Positions 63,019 to 64,000 of a stretch of DNA of 64,000 nucleotides are shown here, in pieces; the first letter of the stretch is position 1; every line of letters starts with the position of its first letter. The DNA is taken from positions 1,816-65,815 of the forward strand of contig CALVZE010000003.1 in assembly GCA_944372445.1 (NCBI GenBank). The letters are read 5' to 3'. The stretch is from an uncultured Clostridia bacterium. Lineage in GTDB: Bacteria > Bacillota > Clostridia > Christensenellales > UBA1242. Position numbers and translations under genes: made by a program. Below the pieces are notes generated by a model. It saw nothing but the letters and a program-made list of their open reading frames with translations. It made no database searches and had not been told where the DNA came from.

Positions 63019-63047
63019 TTGACAAAATTTTTTAAATGATTTAAACT
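63019..63047 (+). promoter_or_regulatory. Sigma-A promoter positioned for a leaderless ruvC transcript
   Basis: TTGACA, 17-nt spacer, TAAACT, then 6 nt (ACTACT), then the ATG at 63054. No SD. Confidence 0.5.
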
Positions 63048-63053
63048 ACTACT

Positions 63054-63542
63054 ATGAGAGTTTTAGGTATTGACCCGGGCTATGCGATTGTCGGCTATGG
63101 GATTATTGAAACAAGCGAAAATAACAAGGTTATTGACTATGGTGTTATCGAAACGCCAAAAGAGGACCCGTTGCCAATCCGCCTTCAACATATCGACGAG
63201 GCGCTTAGGGTTATTTTTGAAACTTATAGGCCCGAAGAAGTTGCGATTGAGGAACTTTTCTATTTCAAAAATCAAAAAACTGTCATTCAGGTGGCACAGG
63301 CGAGAGGGGTGATTGTGCTTGCAAGTCAAAAATATTGCGGACGCACCTTTGAATACACTCCTATTCAAATTAAGCAGGCGCTGACGGGCAACGGACACGC
63401 CGAAAAAAGGCAGATGCAGTATATGGTCAAAAATATTTTAGGGCTTAAAGATATACCGCGTCCAGACGATGCAGCGGACGCGCTTGCCGTGGCGATATGC
63501 CATGGACAGATTAATCCAAGGTTAAACTTCAATATGATGTGA
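63054..63542 (+). CDS. ruvC: Crossover junction endodeoxyribonuclease RuvC
   Basis: MRVLGIDPGYAIVGYGIIE...EELFYFKNQKT...DAADALAVAICH. Confidence 0.9.
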   Translation: MRVLGIDPGYAIVGYGIIETSENNKVIDYGVIETPKEDPLPIRLQHIDEALRVIFETYRPEEVAIEELFYFKNQKTVIQVAQARGVIVLASQKYCGRTFEYTPIQIKQALTGNGHAEKRQMQYMVKNILGLKDIPRPDDAADALAVAICHGQINPRLNFNMM

Positions 63543-63638
63543 CTTTTAGATGTTTATAATTTATAGATAAATCTTTTTGATTTTACTGAAATATACTTTT
63601 ACTACTTAAAACTTTTTGATAAATTTTTGTGAGGAATT

Positions 63639-64000
63639 ATGATTTCATTTTTGGTTGGAACAATTGAAGAAAAATATGAAAACACTCTTGTTTTAGATGT
63701 AAATGGAGTTGGCTATGAGCTTCAAATTTCTAACAATTCACTTGTCGCGTTGCCTGATGTAAACGAAACGACAAAAGTTTATACATATCTCCATGTAAAA
63801 GAGGATGGCATTGCACTCTTTGGCTTTGCGACGCAAGAAGAAAAAGGAATATTTATGAAACTTATCACCGTTTCAGGCGTTGGACCAAAAATGGCAATAT
63901 CAATTCTTTCAGGGATGAAGATAAGTGACCTAATTGTGGCAATTTCGCGAGAGGATGTATCACTATTAGCAAAGATTAAAGGGCTTGGCAAGAAAACAGC
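63639..64000 (+). CDS. ruvA: Holliday junction DNA helicase RuvA, N-terminal part (3' end outside window)
   Basis: ATG at 63639 follows GTGAGGA. MISFLVGTIEEKYENTLVLDVNGVGYEL...LFGFATQEEKGIFMKLITVSGVGPKMA. The frame is open to the window end, so it is absent from the ORF track. Confidence 0.85.
   Translation, partial: MISFLVGTIEEKYENTLVLDVNGVGYELQISNNSLVALPDVNETTKVYTYLHVKEDGIALFGFATQEEKGIFMKLITVSGVGPKMAISILSGMKISDLIVAISREDVSLLAKIKGLGKKT

Overview
The window looks like a chromosomal core segment of a low-GC Firmicute, probably a Clostridia-like endospore former. Almost all genes are on the + strand.

Genes in order:
- Start of window to ftsY: plsC, an ankyrin-like repeat protein, S1, a SAM-I riboswitch with metK, plsX, rnc, smc, ftsY.
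- Sporulation block: pro-sigma-K, a Bacillus-type large SRP RNA, and the complete spoIIIAA-AH operon.
- asp23, nusB, xseA, xseB, proS.
- rpsB, tsf, then about 6 kb of non-canonical content, then frr, uppS, cdsA, rseP.
- rimP, nusA, ylxR, ylxQ, infB, rbfA, nrnA, truB.
- efp, valS, a Phe T-box with pheST, nifS-thiI, argR, recN, ruvC, ruvA.

I saw no rRNA, tRNA, CRISPR array, transposase, integrase or phage genes.

What stands out:
1. Two families of modular, hairpin-rich intergenic repeats. Their stems differ between copies by paired, compensatory changes. One copy sits inside the spoIIIA operon and another lies just upstream of sigK.
2. A 509-aa protein with PolC N-terminal, OB-fold and proofreading-exonuclease regions but no PHP or polymerase part. 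It occupies the position where polC normally sits.
3. A synteny break between tsf and frr. It carries a divergent, double-length ThyX-like protein and a 632-aa orphan protein.
4. Several consensus promoters placed 5-7 nt upstream of start codons that lack a Shine-Dalgarno sequence, which suggests leaderless mRNAs.
5. Repeat-protein cassettes (ankyrin-like and WG-repeat) flanked by duplicated terminator-like sequence.
6. A 48-aa Lys/Cys-rich peptide gene.

All calls were made by eye from the sequence and the ORF track. No alignments or statistics were run. RNA and promoter coordinates are good to a few nucleotides only.
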